From Chrysochromulina tobinii (Eukaryota): 64,000 bases of DNA. Of this stretch, positions 10,601 to 22,962 are shown piece by piece. Made by a program: the position numbers and the translations under genes. The notes under the pieces are model-generated. The model saw nothing but the letters and a program-made list of their open reading frames with translations. It did no database searches and was not told the DNA's origin. Numbering within the stretch: the stretch's first letter is position 1; each line of letters starts with the position of its first letter. The DNA is taken from the NCBI GenBank assembly GCA_001275005.1, contig JWZX01003409.1:1-64000 (forward strand), written 5' to 3'.

Positions 10601-13600
10601 TTGGAGCTCGAGACGGCGCGTTTGGAGCTCGCGACGGCGCGATCAGCCCAGGTAGAGCTCGAGACGGCGCGTATCGAGCTCGAGGAAGCGGTTGTGCGAT
10701 GGCGCGACGAGGCGCACACAGCGCACGAGAAGGTGCTGGCAGCGGAGGGGCAAGCGCGGGTCGCGCAGGCGCAGGCGCAGGCGGCGGAGGCTCGGGCGAA
10801 CGCGATGGCGGCGCAGGCGCAGCAGGCGGAGGCGCAGGCGGCGTGGCTCGCGGCCGAGGGCGCCGCCGCGCTCGACGAGGGCAGGAGGCTTGGCGAGGCG
10901 GTACGCACCAACCTCGCCATGACGAGCGAGCAGTGCGCCGTGATGGGCCAATCGCTCGCCGTCGCGGAGGGGGCGCTCACGACGGCGCGTGTGGAGCTCG
11001 CGACGGCGCGATCCGCCCAGGTAGAGCTCGAGACGGCGCGTGTGGAGCTCGAGACGGCGCGTGTGGAGCTCGAGACGGCGCGTGTGGAGCTCGCCGGAGC
11101 GGAGGAGGCGCTCACGAGAACGCGGGCCGAGGTGCAGCTGGCGAGGGCGGACGCGGCCAGGGCGAAGGCTGCGTGCGTGCAGGCGGAGACGGAGGCGGCG
11201 CAGGCGGCAGCTGTTCGGGCGCAGGTGCAGGCGGCGGCGGCGCAGGCGGAGTTGGCCGAGCTGCAGTACGTGCACAGGGAGGCCGTGAGCCTGCACTCAG
11301 AAGAGCGATCCGCGCTGCGAAGGTCACACGAGAGCGCGCTTGCCCAAGCCGCGGAGGCGCTCGCGACGACGCGTCAAGAGCTCGCGACGGCGCGTACGGA
11401 GCTCGCTCAAGCCAAGGAGACCGTGGACCAACACGACGCGGCGGCGAAGGTGGCTCTGGCGCAGCTGAACACTGCGCTCACTGCGGCGCGGCGCGAGGCG
11501 GCGGAGGCACGCCAAGCGACCCGGCTCTTGTCTGCGCGGGAGGCGGCCGCACAGAGAAAGATTATCGAGCTGACGGCGGCTGAGGCGGCGGCGATGGCGA
11601 TGGCCGAGGCGGCGGAGGCGGCGGCGCTCGAAGCCCAAGCAAGAGCCGCAGCGGAGCAGCGAGTCAGAGAGGCGGCCGAGGCGACGGCCAGCGCTGCTAG
11701 CGCGGCCGAGGCGGCGCGGGAGGCTGCACGCGCGCAGAGTGGGGCGGCGGCGCGGGAGATGACGGAGATGGCGGAGATGGCGGGAGATGGCGGGAGATGG
11801 CAGAGTGTGGAGGCGGCGCGGGAGATGACGGAAGCTCGATACGGCGCCTCAGTCGCTCTCCGGGGAGAGGTCCAGCGAGAGGCGTGCGACGCTCAGCACG
11901 ACGCGACCTTGGCGCAGTGCACGGCGGCCGTCGCCATCTTGCGGGCTTTGGCAGCGGAGGCGGCAGAGGGCAGTGCTACCGGTAAGGGCAGTGCACCGAC
12001 CGCCGCCTCGCTGGAGGCGCTGGAGAGCGATGCCGGCGAGCTCGATACGGCGCGCGCTGTCTACATCGAGCTCGCCGCGGCTCGGGAGGCGCTGGCCTGC
12101 ACGAGGGAGGAGCTCGATACGGCGCGCGCGGAGGTGGAGGAGCGCGCGGCGCAGGTGGCGACGCTGTGCGCTCAGTACGACGCTGCGCGGGCGCGCCACC
12201 AGAGGCTCTGCGGCACGCTGCGGAACGAGCTGCGCGACGCTCGGGCCGAGCTGGACACGACGCTCGGCGAGCTGCGTGCGCTCCGGGCGACGGCGCACAC
12301 GCTGGCTGGCACGGAAGGCGAGCTAGGCCATGCTGGGGCGGCGCTCGGCGAGGTGCGCGCGGAGCTCGACACGACGCGTCGTGAGCTCGACACGACGCGC
12401 CATGAGCTCGACACGACGCGCCATGAGCTCGACACGACGCGTCAGGAGCTCGACACGACGCGTCAGGAGCTCACCCAGGCGCAGGCTCGCGTTCAGTCGG
12501 CTCAGCTGCTGGCGCAGGCGAGCCAGGCCGAGGCCGAGGCGGTGAGCACGGCGCTCGCGACGATGCAGTCGCAGCAGGCGGTGGCCACGGCCGCCCTCCA
12601 GCAGGCCGCAGCAAATCTCGAGGCGGAGCTCGAGGCGGCGATCGCCCAACACGACGCGGCCGCCGCGGCGGCGGAGCGCGCCGCGTGCTCGGCCTTGCTC
12701 AGCTCGGAGCTCTGCTCGGAAGAGCACGCGCATGCGGCAGCGCTCATCGAGCACGCCACGGCACTACGGGCGACGCAGGCGGAGCACGGCGAGGCGTTGC
12801 AGGCCTTGAAGGCCGATCACACCTTGGCCTTGCAGGCTTTGAAGGCGGAACACGATGCAGCCTTGCACGCCATGAAAGCCGAGCACGACGCGATGGAGGC
12901 AGGGCACGCGGCAACGCTGATTGAGCTCGCGGCGGCGCGTGAGGCGTTTGGGCCCGAGTTCGAGGCGGCGATGGCAGCGTACGAGGACATGAAGGTGGAG
13001 CTCGCCGAGCTGCACTGCGCGCACGGCGAGGCTCTCGCGGACAAGACCGCCGCCGAACGCGAGCTTGACGCGCTGCGCCAGGCGTACGACGAGGCGCTCG
13101 CCGACAAGGTGGCCACCGTCCGCGAGCTCTTTGTGCTGCGGGAGGCGTACGAGGTAGGGGCGGCCTCGCAGGCGCAGCGGGTGGCACGCGTTGGCGCGGG
13201 CGCGGCGTTGGCGCAGCGAGTCGCCAATGCGGCCCAGGCGCAGGCGCAGCGCGAGGCGGCCGAGGCGCAGCGGCTGGCAGCGGATGCCCGTGAAGTGGCG
13301 GCGAGGTGTGAACGTGAAGCGGCGGCGAGGTGTGAACGTGAAGCGGCGGCGGCAGCGATCGCGCAAGCCGGGGCGTTGGAACAAGCAGCCGAGGCGGCCA
13401 GCGCGGCCGAGGCGGCCGAGGCGAGACATGCGGCGGCGTTGGACTCGGAGCGTGCGGCCGCCGAGTCCAAGATGCAGGAGGCGATCGCCCAACACGACGC
13501 GGCCGCCGAGTCGAAGATGAAAGAGGCGATCGCCCAACACGACGCGGTCGCCGAGTCGAAGATGCAGGAGGCGTTGCAAAAGGCGGCCGAGACCGCGGAG

Positions 13601-14689
13601 GCGACGCTCCTGCAGATGCAGCAGGTGGTCGGTCAGCTGAGCGATGAGTTCGAAGCGCGGCTGGGCGCCGCTGGGGCGGAGGCGACGGCCGCAGCAGTGG
13701 TGGTCGAGGCGACGGCCGCTGGCTTGGCGTCGGTTGAGGGCGCAGCGGCCGCGGCTGCCGCGACGCTCGATGAGCTCGACACAGCGCTGAAGGCACGTGC
13801 CGCAGAGTTGGCGGCGGCGGAGGTGGCTGCGGCGGCGTTCTATGCAGCCGTAGCGGAGCATCAGGGCGAGATCGCCGCCGCCCGCGCCGCCGGTAAGTCG
13901 GCGGCCCGCAAGGCGGCGGCCAAGGAGCGCGCCTTCCTGGCGAGGCGCATTGCGACGCTCGAGGCGGCGCAAGCGGACGCTCGACGAGGCGGGCGCGTGA
14001 CAGCTGCCTCCACAGCTGCCGCCCGCGAAGCTGACTTCACCGACGATGCCAGTGACGACCTCAGCGCGGACGCAAGTGCCGACGCTGCTGCCGATGCTAC
14101 TGCCGCTGCTGGCGACGCAACTGCCGAGGCCGCCGCCGACCCATCCGCAACGGACGCAATGGCAGTTACAAATGCCGCCGTCACAGCAGCCGTTACTACA
14201 GCATCCGTTACAACCGCCGCCGACCCATCTGCATCCCTGGCGGTTCTACGCGGGCCATCTGCATCCCTGGCGGTTCTACGCGGGCCATCTGCATCCCTGG
14301 CGGTTCTACGCGGGGCATTCGCCGAGGGCGAGGCCGAGCATGAGGCACTTCCTAATATGGCAGTCGTGCAGGTGGGTGTGCGGACGGCGGCGGCGGCGAC
14401 TTCGGGCGCCGAGGTTTGCGCGGTGGCACGAGCTGAGCAAGGGGCAACGGCCTCCACCGCAGGGCCGATCGTGCACGAAGATGCGCTCGTGACGGCGCCT
14501 CGAGAGGGCGCGCCTGCAATGGCGCGCCGGAGCAGCAGTGGGGGACTGCGCCCACGGAGCGCGAACGTGGGAGCGGCCACTGCGGGCAGTTCGACGCCGC
14601 GAGCCAAGCGAGTGATGGCCGAGGGAGGGCCTGGCGTGCGCACGTTGAGCGCGGCATCCGGCGACGACATGGTCGACACGAGCGAATGA
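5684..14689 (+). CDS. Giant (~3000 aa) Ala/Glu-rich coiled-coil protein with many internal tandem repeats
   Basis: 9-kb open frame; heptad-like repeats ETARLEL/ETARVEL, DTTRHEL, AAVEAAEARA, ASREGEHQ; no recognisable catalytic domain; cryptic introns cannot be excluded. Confidence 0.7.
7565..7630. repeat. (AGC)n microsatellite encoding poly-Ser
   Basis: Direct read of sequence. Confidence 0.9.
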
Positions 14690-15261
14690 TCAGGTCGTCG
14701 AGCACGGACGTGCTGCTGTGCGTGATGAGTTTCGGCTGGCCACATCCAGCATCCAGATCGTAACGATGCAGTCGACGAGCGGTTGTACCACAGCTCGCGT
14801 ACCGTTTTGAAACGGTACTCCGTCGCGAGCGGGTAGCTCGCGCGCGCTTCGTTGCCCGGCGGGCTGCCCTGGAGTCTGTACTCTGTTCCTTGTGGATCTT
14901 GCATCTTCAGTGGTTCAGTGCCGCCAAGTCCACCTTCAGTGCCGCTATCGGATTCCCGTGACAAGTCCCGGACATCATCGAGATCGACGCGGTCGACACG
15001 CTCCACGAGGTCGAGAGTACCAGCAGTCTTACATCTTGTAAAGGCGCGCCCTAAGCATCCCCCCGGGGACACGCGCTTGCATGAGCGCCGCTGTACTGTG
15101 TGGTCCTGTTTTCATTCGCGCACACAGTACCGTAGCTCCGGTTGTCGCGTCAGTCGTGTTAACGTTCACACGTGCGTCCGTCGTGTTAACGTTCTCACGT
15201 GGCAAGCGAACGAAGGCGACCACTCTCAAAAACGCAAGCCTGGGGTCCCTGGTCTCACCAG

Positions 15262-15963
15262 GTCGTGCAGCCCCAAGAGCAAGAGCAGATGTACGGCCAG
15301 CCCCAGGTCGCTCAGGCCGTCGCGGTGGCGCAGCCCGTGCCCCAGCAGATGTACGGCCAGCCCCAGCAGATGTACTACGGCCAGCCCCAGCAGATGTACG
15401 GCCAGCCCCAGCCCATGGCGCCGGCCATTGCGGTGGCTCAGCCGGTGTATGCCAGCCCCCAGCCGGCGATGGGCGTTGCCGCGCCCCAAGGGAAGAAGCA
15501 CGAATCGGTGCACGCCTTCGGCTTCATGCCCGACTACGAGTGGAAGAACAGCGCCCGCAACCTCGACGGCTTCTACATTTCATGCACAGGCACGCCCATG
15601 TTCTGGTTTGACGCCGATATCAACCCCTGCCCGGCGTTGATCGTGTGCTGCGCTATGCCGTGCTACATTCCGTATCCGTGCCCCGCCGTTCGCTGCCTCA
15701 AGTTCTCGGCCGTCGACGAGGACACGCTCAACCTCTCTTGCGGGATGTGCTTGGGCTGCCCGCTGTCCCTGGTCGACCCCAAGAACGCGGGCAAGAACTT
15801 TGTGCGCGACAACGGCGAGAATGGGCGCGCGCTCGGCCCTCTGAACAGCTTCACGCGCGAAGACCTCATCAGCGGTCCCGAGAGGCTCGAGGGCCGCTTC
15901 GAGGTGAGCCAATATCGTCTCTGCGGTGCCACCAATGGTATCTGCTACTTGCGCGTGTGCTGA
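15262..15963 (+). CDS. Protein with QMYGQPQ repeats and a Cys-rich C-terminal region (last exon; 5' exons uncertain)
   Basis: Acceptor-like ctcaccag at 15261; coding-like codon usage; P/Q/Y repeats followed by CC/CxxC-rich region. Confidence 0.65.
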   Translation, partial: VVQPQEQEQMYGQPQVAQAVAVAQPVPQQMYGQPQQMYYGQPQQMYGQPQPMAPAIAVAQPVYASPQPAMGVAAPQGKKHESVHAFGFMPDYEWKNSARNLDGFYISCTGTPMFWFDADINPCPALIVCCAMPCYIPYPCPAVRCLKFSAVDEDTLNLSCGMCLGCPLSLVDPKNAGKNFVRDNGENGRALGPLNSFTREDLISGPERLEGRFEVSQYRLCGATNGICYLRVC

Positions 15964-16621
15964 TGGAGCGCCCCAATGGAGTGAAGCTGCCGATGCGAGA
16001 GAGGCCGGACGAGGCCGTGCGACCGCGTGGGTGCACTTACAGCGGCTGCGCTTGGTGCTGAGCCATACATGCTGGGGCCCTTCGTGCACCTGTGAATGCT
16101 GGGAGGCCACATGCTGTGAATGCTGGGCCCTTCTTGCACCCTTCCACACCACATGCTTGTGGGACCAGTGAGTAGGACCAGAGTGGGGCACGCACAACGC
16201 TGACACCCAGGGGCATGTGGACTCATGTGTGGGCGAGGCGCAACGAATGCCGCGTAGAGACCAGATCCGAGATGGCATCCAAGATCGCCAACGTGCTTCC
16301 AGGCTAGAGGGTTGACAGTGCAAGACAGTGGGCTGCGTGTGGCGCATGTGGTGTGGCGGCCGCATCGGCGCGGTTGCTCCTAGCTGCAGTCTGTCGTAGG
16401 CGGCGCCCGCCGGCGGCGCCGGTTACGGTTCTCGAAAACCCGGTTGTAGAGTGCTGGGCCCGCCCCGGCGGTTTAGAGGGGACGTGTGCCTAAATGCCTG
16501 TACGAAAATCTTTCTAATATCGAGTATGAAGTACAGTACTGTACTGTAGACACAGTACACAGTGCCCGCCGGTTGTGCGACTTTCGTTCACACTCACTGC
16601 ACGTCCTGGCTGGAAGGGCAC

Positions 16622-19335
16622 ATGTCGCTTCAGCCCGGCGATGATGTGACGCTCACCGGATTACGTGGCGACGCGTCCCTCAACGGCCAGAGTGGCGTCA
16701 TTCAGCCGAACACCGCCGAAGGGCCACCGCCCGGACGAATCGCAGTGCTCTTGCCAAACCTGCCCACGCCGCGCACGATCGCAGTGAAGCCAGAGAATCT
16801 GATCGCATCGACGCCGACATGCTACATTTGTTTGGAGCCATCGGCCGAGACGGAGCTGCTGTCGATGGGCTGCGGGTGCCGAGGCACATCTCATATGGTT
16901 CATTCGGCCTGCGCCGTGCGGGCAGCGGCCGCGCAGCAAGAGCGCACAAAGTCGTGGAGCTCTTGGCAGCTGTGCCTGACGTGCAAGTTGCCGTACACGG
17001 GGAGACACAAGCTCGTCATGGCGCGCGAGTGGTGCCGTCGCACGAATGAGTTTCCACTGGACGATACCCAGCGCTTCGCCGCTCGAGTGTCCCTGAGCGC
17101 CGCGCTTGCGGCGTGCAGCCTGTACGCGGAGGCGGAAACGGTGGTGCGGGCCAACCTCGAGGCCGCCGCCATGGTGCACGGGCCGGAGCACCGGCACACG
17201 CTTGGCGCGCGCATGAACCTTGGGGTGCTGCTGGAAGCCCAGGGACAAACGGCGACCGCCGAGACTCTGTACGTGGCACTCCTTGACGATCAGCGGCGCG
17301 TGCTCGGCCACGAACACCACGATACGCTCGCGACGGCTATGCAGCTCGCGGGTGCTGCGCTCACGCAGGGCCGCCACGCCGAGGCGGAGGCGCAGTATCG
17401 GCCCATCCTCGCGGCACGCACGAGGCTGTTGGGAGAGGCTCACCCATCTGTTCTCATCTGTGCCATGAACCTGGGCAGTGCGCTGCTGCACCAGGCCAAG
17501 CTGCGGGAGGCCGAAGCGCTGTACCGAGCGAATCTTGAGCACAAGCGCCGACGGCTCGGCCCCGAACACCCGGATACGCTTATGGCCGCGATGAACCTCG
17601 GCGTGACCCTCAAGGAGCGTGGCGACTACGCGAATGCCTGCCCCCTCTTGGCGGAGAATTACGGCGTGAAGGCACGTGTGCTAGGCACAGCGCACGTGGA
17701 CACGTGCTTCGCGGCCCTCAACCTGATCGCACTCTGGGTCGATGGTACGTACGTGGCGAGGTATGAGGAGGCCGAGGCGCTCGCGACACGCACTCGCGCC
17801 GCACTGGAGAGTAGCTTCGGTCCTGAGCACCCAAGCTGCCTGAGCGCACAGGTGATGACCACCCATTGCCGTGGATTGCCGTTCAGTGCCCCTTGAGTGC
17901 CACCAGCTCATCTGAGCTGCCCGAGCGCGCACAGGTGCACTTGGCCATGGCGCTCGAGGCGCGCGGTGATCACGCACGCGCGGCGGAGCTCTATGGGCTC
18001 GCACACGAGGTCCGCATTCGCGTGCAGGGGCCCGAACACCCAGACACGCTCGAGGTGGCATGGCGGCGCGCCGTGCTCATGGGGCGACGCGAGGAGCCTA
18101 CCTCGACCTCTGATTGCCATCTCAATCTCAATCTCAATCTCAATCAGAGGTGCGTGCTCATGGGGCGACACGAGGAGCCTGCCGTGGACCGTGTCGAAGA
18201 GTCACACGGACCAGTGGAGGACTCTGAAGCGCGAGTGGGCGAGTCGCCAGCGCTGCTGCTGCTCAGGGCCACGGCGACGGCGCAGACGAAGGCGCTCGGC
18301 GCGGAGCACCCGCGTACGCTACGGACGCTCGTCAGTTTGGGCGAGGTGCTCGTTGCGAATGGCGGGCCGAAACTTGCTGCCGAGGCGACGACGCTTTGGA
18401 CGCGCTGCGAGGCGGCTCAAAGCGCCGTGCTTGATCCGACGCACCCAGAGCTTATGTACACGCGAGAGCTCTTGGGACGCGTGGCTCGCAACCAGACCCT
18501 TGCGGGTCGGCAGGCCGGCGGCGGGATCGAGGGCCTCAAGGGGCTGGATGACCCGGCCACGTGCAAGGCCGCAGAGGCGATCTACGCGTTCGCGCACATG
18601 AATCAGTGCCTCGAGCGGCTGGACGGCCATCCATGGGATGGAGTGCTCTGCCTGTGCTCGTCGGACCTTCGAGTGGCACGCCACGCAGCCGAGCTCCACA
18701 AGAAGCTGGGTGGCTGGCTGTGCTTCACTGGCGGTATGGGCACTGGTCCACACTCCGGTGCGAATCTTCTTGGGTGGGCCGAGCCCGAGGCAGTCATCTT
18801 CGCGCGCGAGGCGGTCGAGAGGTGCGGCGTACCCAAAGACGAGGTGCTCGTCGAAGCCGACGCGAGGAACACGGGGGAGAACGTCTCGCTCTCCCGAGCT
18901 CTGCTGGCCTCGCACGGTCTCGCTTGCGAGCGCGTCGTCCTCGTGCAAAAGCCGTTCATGGAGCGTCGAACCTGGGCCACCGTGAAGCGTGTGTGGCCCG
19001 AGGTTGACGCGGTGATCTCCAGCCCCGCTCTGAGCCTCGACGCGTGCGTTGCTGGCAGTGGCGTGCCAGCCGACGTGCTCATCGCGATCATGGTGGGCGA
19101 TATGCAGCGGATTCGGCTGTACGCTCTGCCGCCACGTGAGTTTCAAATCGCCCAGCCGATCCCGCAAGACGTGTGGAAGGCCTATGAAACCCTCGTGGCC
19201 GCGGGCTTCACGATGAATGTGGTCCCGACCGAGGATCTCCTTGAGTGGACTCCGTCATGGAACCGGTACGACGAGCGAGATGGATCCGTACCATCCTATG
19301 GAGCCGGTGACGCCCAGCAGTCGCTCAGAGATTGA
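16622..19335 (+). CDS. RING-CH (RINGv) + kinesin-light-chain-type TPR repeats + DUF218/YdcF-like fusion; intron 17852-17934
   Basis: CYICLE..MGCGCRG..VHSAC..CLTC; repeated LGPEHPDTL TPR motifs; FTGG.G, EA.IFA, EADARNTGENV and LVQKPFMERR motifs; phase-0 GT-AG intron joins the two ORFs. Confidence 0.8.
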
Positions 19336-20140
19336 ACACGCCAAGAAGACCACGCCAGGTAGCCATCGGTACAGTTCCACGCCACGACGCCGGTCGGCGC
19401 GGTCGGCGCCGCGGGCGCGCCGGGGGACACACGGCCGAATCGGTCGTGCGCGAATGTCTTAGATCGGTCCATGCGGATACATTCGCGGACGATCGTGCTG
19501 TATCGCGGTCACACTTATTTTTGTTAGGAAAGGTAGCCTCTAGCGGTAGCGCGAGCGCGCGCAGGGCGGGACATCCTGCGTCATACTCATAGAATAAGTC
19601 GGTAACTCCGATTTCGTACGGAGACGATCCGTCAAGGGTAGAGTAACAGACCGCATACGCGCAGCGCGCTAAGCGTACCCTGCGGCTCCGCTCGAACGCC
19701 GTACGAGCACCTGTGGAATCTGCCTCGATACTGACCGCAAAACGAGTCCCGGCCGGCCGCTGACCATGATTGTCCGCGTCGCCGTCCTGCTACTTCCACA
19801 AATCCCCTTGTCCCTCAGACGTCTCAACGTGCCACAGAATCGCTCCCCCGATCGCTCCCCTCCGCGCAGCTCCGTATCGAGCGCACACCCTTTCGCATGC
19901 CTCGGCTCGAGTTTTCGGCAAGCCACTACTGCCTCTGGCCGCCCCCGCCGCTGCAGCCGCCCCGTCGGTCCGACGCTGCCGCCCCGTCGGTCCGACGCTG
20001 CCGCCACCGTCGCCATCTCATCCTCGCCGTCCCAAGCTGACGAAGCTGACGAAGCTGACGAAGCGCGGACGCCTCCTCGTCCTCATCCTCGCCGCCCCCA
20101 TCGGCGGCGCCGGCGCGAGCGGCGCTCACCGCTCACCTCC

Positions 20141-21652
20141 TCATTGCTGTGCGCACTGCACGCGCTGGCCGCCGCCGCCGCCGCCGCCCTCGTCCTCGTG
20201 CTCCTCCTCGGCCGGCTGGTACTCCTTGAACGAGGCGACCGGGTCCATCGAAGTCAGGTTGACGACCTCGACTTCGTCGTCACCTTCCTTGCTCTTCGCC
20301 ACGATCTTCGGGGGCCCGAGCAGCTTTTTGAGGGCGGGAAGGTCAGCGACGGAGATGGAGGTGGGGAACTCGATCGTGAACTTGATGAAGAGGTTGCCGC
20401 TCTCGAACGGTGCCTTGAGGCGCGGCAGGCCCTCGCCCTTGACCGCCATCATCATGCGCGTGTCCTTCGTCGCCTCCGGGTCCTGCAGCACGTAGAGTGT
20501 CGCGCCCGAAGAGGGCGCCTTTGCCTCCATCGCTTGCTCTGTCGTGCACTGCTTGAAAACGGTCTTGCCGTTCCGGCAGACAAAGCAGCCGATCCCCTTG
20601 CCCTTGAGCTGTCCTTTTGACACCGCCTTCTTGCACACGGCCAGGTCCTCCGTCTCCGCCACCGCCGCATTCTCGAGCGACGGGCAGTCCGAGTTCTCGA
20701 AGACCGACCACGTCGCGCTCTCCGGCGCCTCCCCGAGCGGGTCGTACGCGACGGGCTTGATGACCTCGCCCGGCTCCGTCTTGATGAGCAGCTTGCGCCC
20801 GTCGAGCGTCGTCAGGTCCATCGCGAAGCCGCACAGCGCCTCGGACAGCGAGATCTCGCGCTCGATGAAGAGGTCGTCGCCCTTGCGCTTGAACTCGGGG
20901 TGCGGCTGCTCCTGGAGCACAAAGACGACGTCGCCCGCCTCTCCATCAGGGATCTCGTCGGCCTTCTCGGAGAAGTGGACCTTGTGCCCGTCGGGCGCGC
21001 CCTTGGGGATGTGCACCTCGAGCGTCTCCTGCCTCTTCTCCTGCCGGTACATCATGCCCTGCCCGCCGCACGCGTCGCAGGTCTTCTGCACCTGCTGGAT
21101 CATCGGACCCATACGGATGGTCTGAATCTTCGCACCGCGCCCGCCGCACGAGGAGCACTGCTCGACCCCCTTCTGCTTGTCGATGACCTTGCGCGTTAGC
21201 CGCAGCGTGCGAGAGCTGCCTTTCATGATCTGGTCGAGCGTCACCTTGAGCGGGTGCACCATGTTCTCGCCCTTCTTGGCCCGGGACGCCCCAGCCCGGC
21301 CGCGCCCGCGCCCCATCATCTCCGCAAAGGGATCCATGCCGCCACCGCCGCCGCCGTCCACCGCCTCCTCGCCGCCCTGGTCGTAGCGCTCGCGCTTGGC
21401 GTCGTCGCCCAGGATATCGAAAGCCTTTTGGATCTCCTTGAACGCCTCGACGTCACCTCCCTTGTCCGGGTGGTTCTTGACAGCGAGCTTGCGATAGGCC
21501 TTCTTGATCTGGTCGGAAGATGCATTCTTCTCTACGCCGAGCACATCGTACAGCTTCGTCGTGTCTACCTGCTTGCGGGGCCCACGGCCACCCCCTGGCA
21601 TGCCGCCGCCGAATGCATCCTCGAAGCCGGGTGGGAGTCCACCAAAGAACAT
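20141..21652 (-). CDS. Type I DnaJ (DNAJA/YDJ1-like) co-chaperone with CAAX box
   Basis: J domain with HPD, G/F-rich region, CxxCxGxG motifs, C-terminal CAQQ. Confidence 0.95.
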   Translation of the reverse strand: MFFGGLPPGFEDAFGGGMPGGGRGPRKQVDTTKLYDVLGVEKNASSDQIKKAYRKLAVKNHPDKGGDVEAFKEIQKAFDILGDDAKRERYDQGGEEAVDGGGGGGMDPFAEMMGRGRGRAGASRAKKGENMVHPLKVTLDQIMKGSSRTLRLTRKVIDKQKGVEQCSSCGGRGAKIQTIRMGPMIQQVQKTCDACGGQGMMYRQEKRQETLEVHIPKGAPDGHKVHFSEKADEIPDGEAGDVVFVLQEQPHPEFKRKGDDLFIEREISLSEALCGFAMDLTTLDGRKLLIKTEPGEVIKPVAYDPLGEAPESATWSVFENSDCPSLENAAVAETEDLAVCKKAVSKGQLKGKGIGCFVCRNGKTVFKQCTTEQAMEAKAPSSGATLYVLQDPEATKDTRMMMAVKGEGLPRLKAPFESGNLFIKFTIEFPTSISVADLPALKKLLGPPKIVAKSKEGDDEVEVVNLTSMDPVASFKEYQPAEEEHEDEGGGGGGGQRVQCAQQ

Positions 21653-21899
21653 GGTCGAAACCGGGTGGCGGGATAGAGGCCTGCGCGGTGCAGAGATGCC
21701 ACACACGCACCGCCGCCGTCAGTGAGAGCGCCTGCACGTAATGGAGGCAACGGCAGCAATGCTGCGCGCTCGAGAGGTTCCGCACCTTCGTCGATGCTCC
21801 GCCCGCGTGCTTTCTAGACGACGCGTCAGCTTCGACGACCGCCGTGTGAACAGGTTTTTCTTTGGAATTCAGAAAAAGAAAGTTGGTCCTCAGTGCGAC

Positions 21900-22962
21900 T
21901 CAATGACTGACGACGAAACGCTGCGCTCCTCGCCCGGCCGACTCGAGCGCCCCAGCCGCGAGCGGCAGCATCAGCAGCAGGACTGTCACGACGGCAGCGG
22001 CGCCAATCCAGGACCTCGAGCTGCCCACCCCAGGACCAAGCGCTCGCCTCTCGGGCAGCGATGGGAGCAGCAGGATGCGCGCGCAGTGGATACGCGTGCT
22101 ACTCGCCGCGGGACGGCCCCAGAGCAGCTTCCACTTATCTGTCTCTGGCTCGCCGCGTCCAAGCACCAGGTCCCTCAGCGTGCGTACGCCACGCGCACGC
22201 CAGCGGCGCGCGAATTGGATGGTGGTGAGTCCATTGGCGAGGAGCAGCGCGTGCACGAGGCCGAGCAGCCCGAGGCTGACGGAGAGCGCGAGAGCCGGCA
22301 GCAGCAGCAACGAGCGAGATCCCATCGCCATGCAAGCGGCCACGTCGGGCGGCGGCGTGCGTATGAGGCCGAGACGAGGGATGTTGCACTGGCGCAGCAC
22401 GCAGTCGGCAAAGGGCGGCCACGCGAGCGCGGACGCGTATGTGCACCCGAGCCAGCAGTGCAGAACAAAAAGCAAGAAGAAGCGCAAATTGTTCGCGCCG
22501 ATGCACCCCCCCAGTAAAGGGGCAGTGGTGGTCCAGGTGCATCACGTGGCGCTCGCAGATGCTGCAGCGGCGTATCGGCGTGTCGGAATGATGCGGCGGC
22601 GTGCCGGCCTCGCAGCTCTCGCCCTCGTCAATGCGCACAAAGCCAGGGTCGACGGCAGCACACATACCGTAGTTCCAGACCGAGTTGATCCAGAGCGCCG
22701 AAATGCCCACGATGTGTACGTACCAGGCTGGCGAGAAAGCCTCGGTCGAATATGGCAATACCGACGCCCAGAATGCGTAATACGCCCACACGCATAAGCA
22801 CGTAACCATGGCGAGTAATACCGGCCGCTGCCATGCCGCGAGGAGACGGCCGCAGCGATTTAGCACGGACGCCGGACAGAAGAGGCGCGCAAGGTCGATG
22901 GTCATGGGCAGCGCCGTGCATCCGACGAAAAGGCACATCCAGTAGACGAGGTCGATCGCCAT
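21900..22962 (-). CDS. DHHC palmitoyltransferase with a 1-nt frameshift in a G7 run (22506-22512)
   Basis: CSICERHVMHLDHHCPFTGG, then CIGANNLRFFLLF continues in another frame; TM helices on both sides. Confidence 0.85.

Noticed and set aside
7552..15072. Long antisense and alternative-frame ORFs over the giant gene and elsewhere
   Set aside because: Expected shadow ORFs of high-GC codon usage; no motifs
15958..15985. Selenocysteine read-through at C-TGA
   Set aside because: No redox fold or recognisable SECIS; another stop follows within 7 codons
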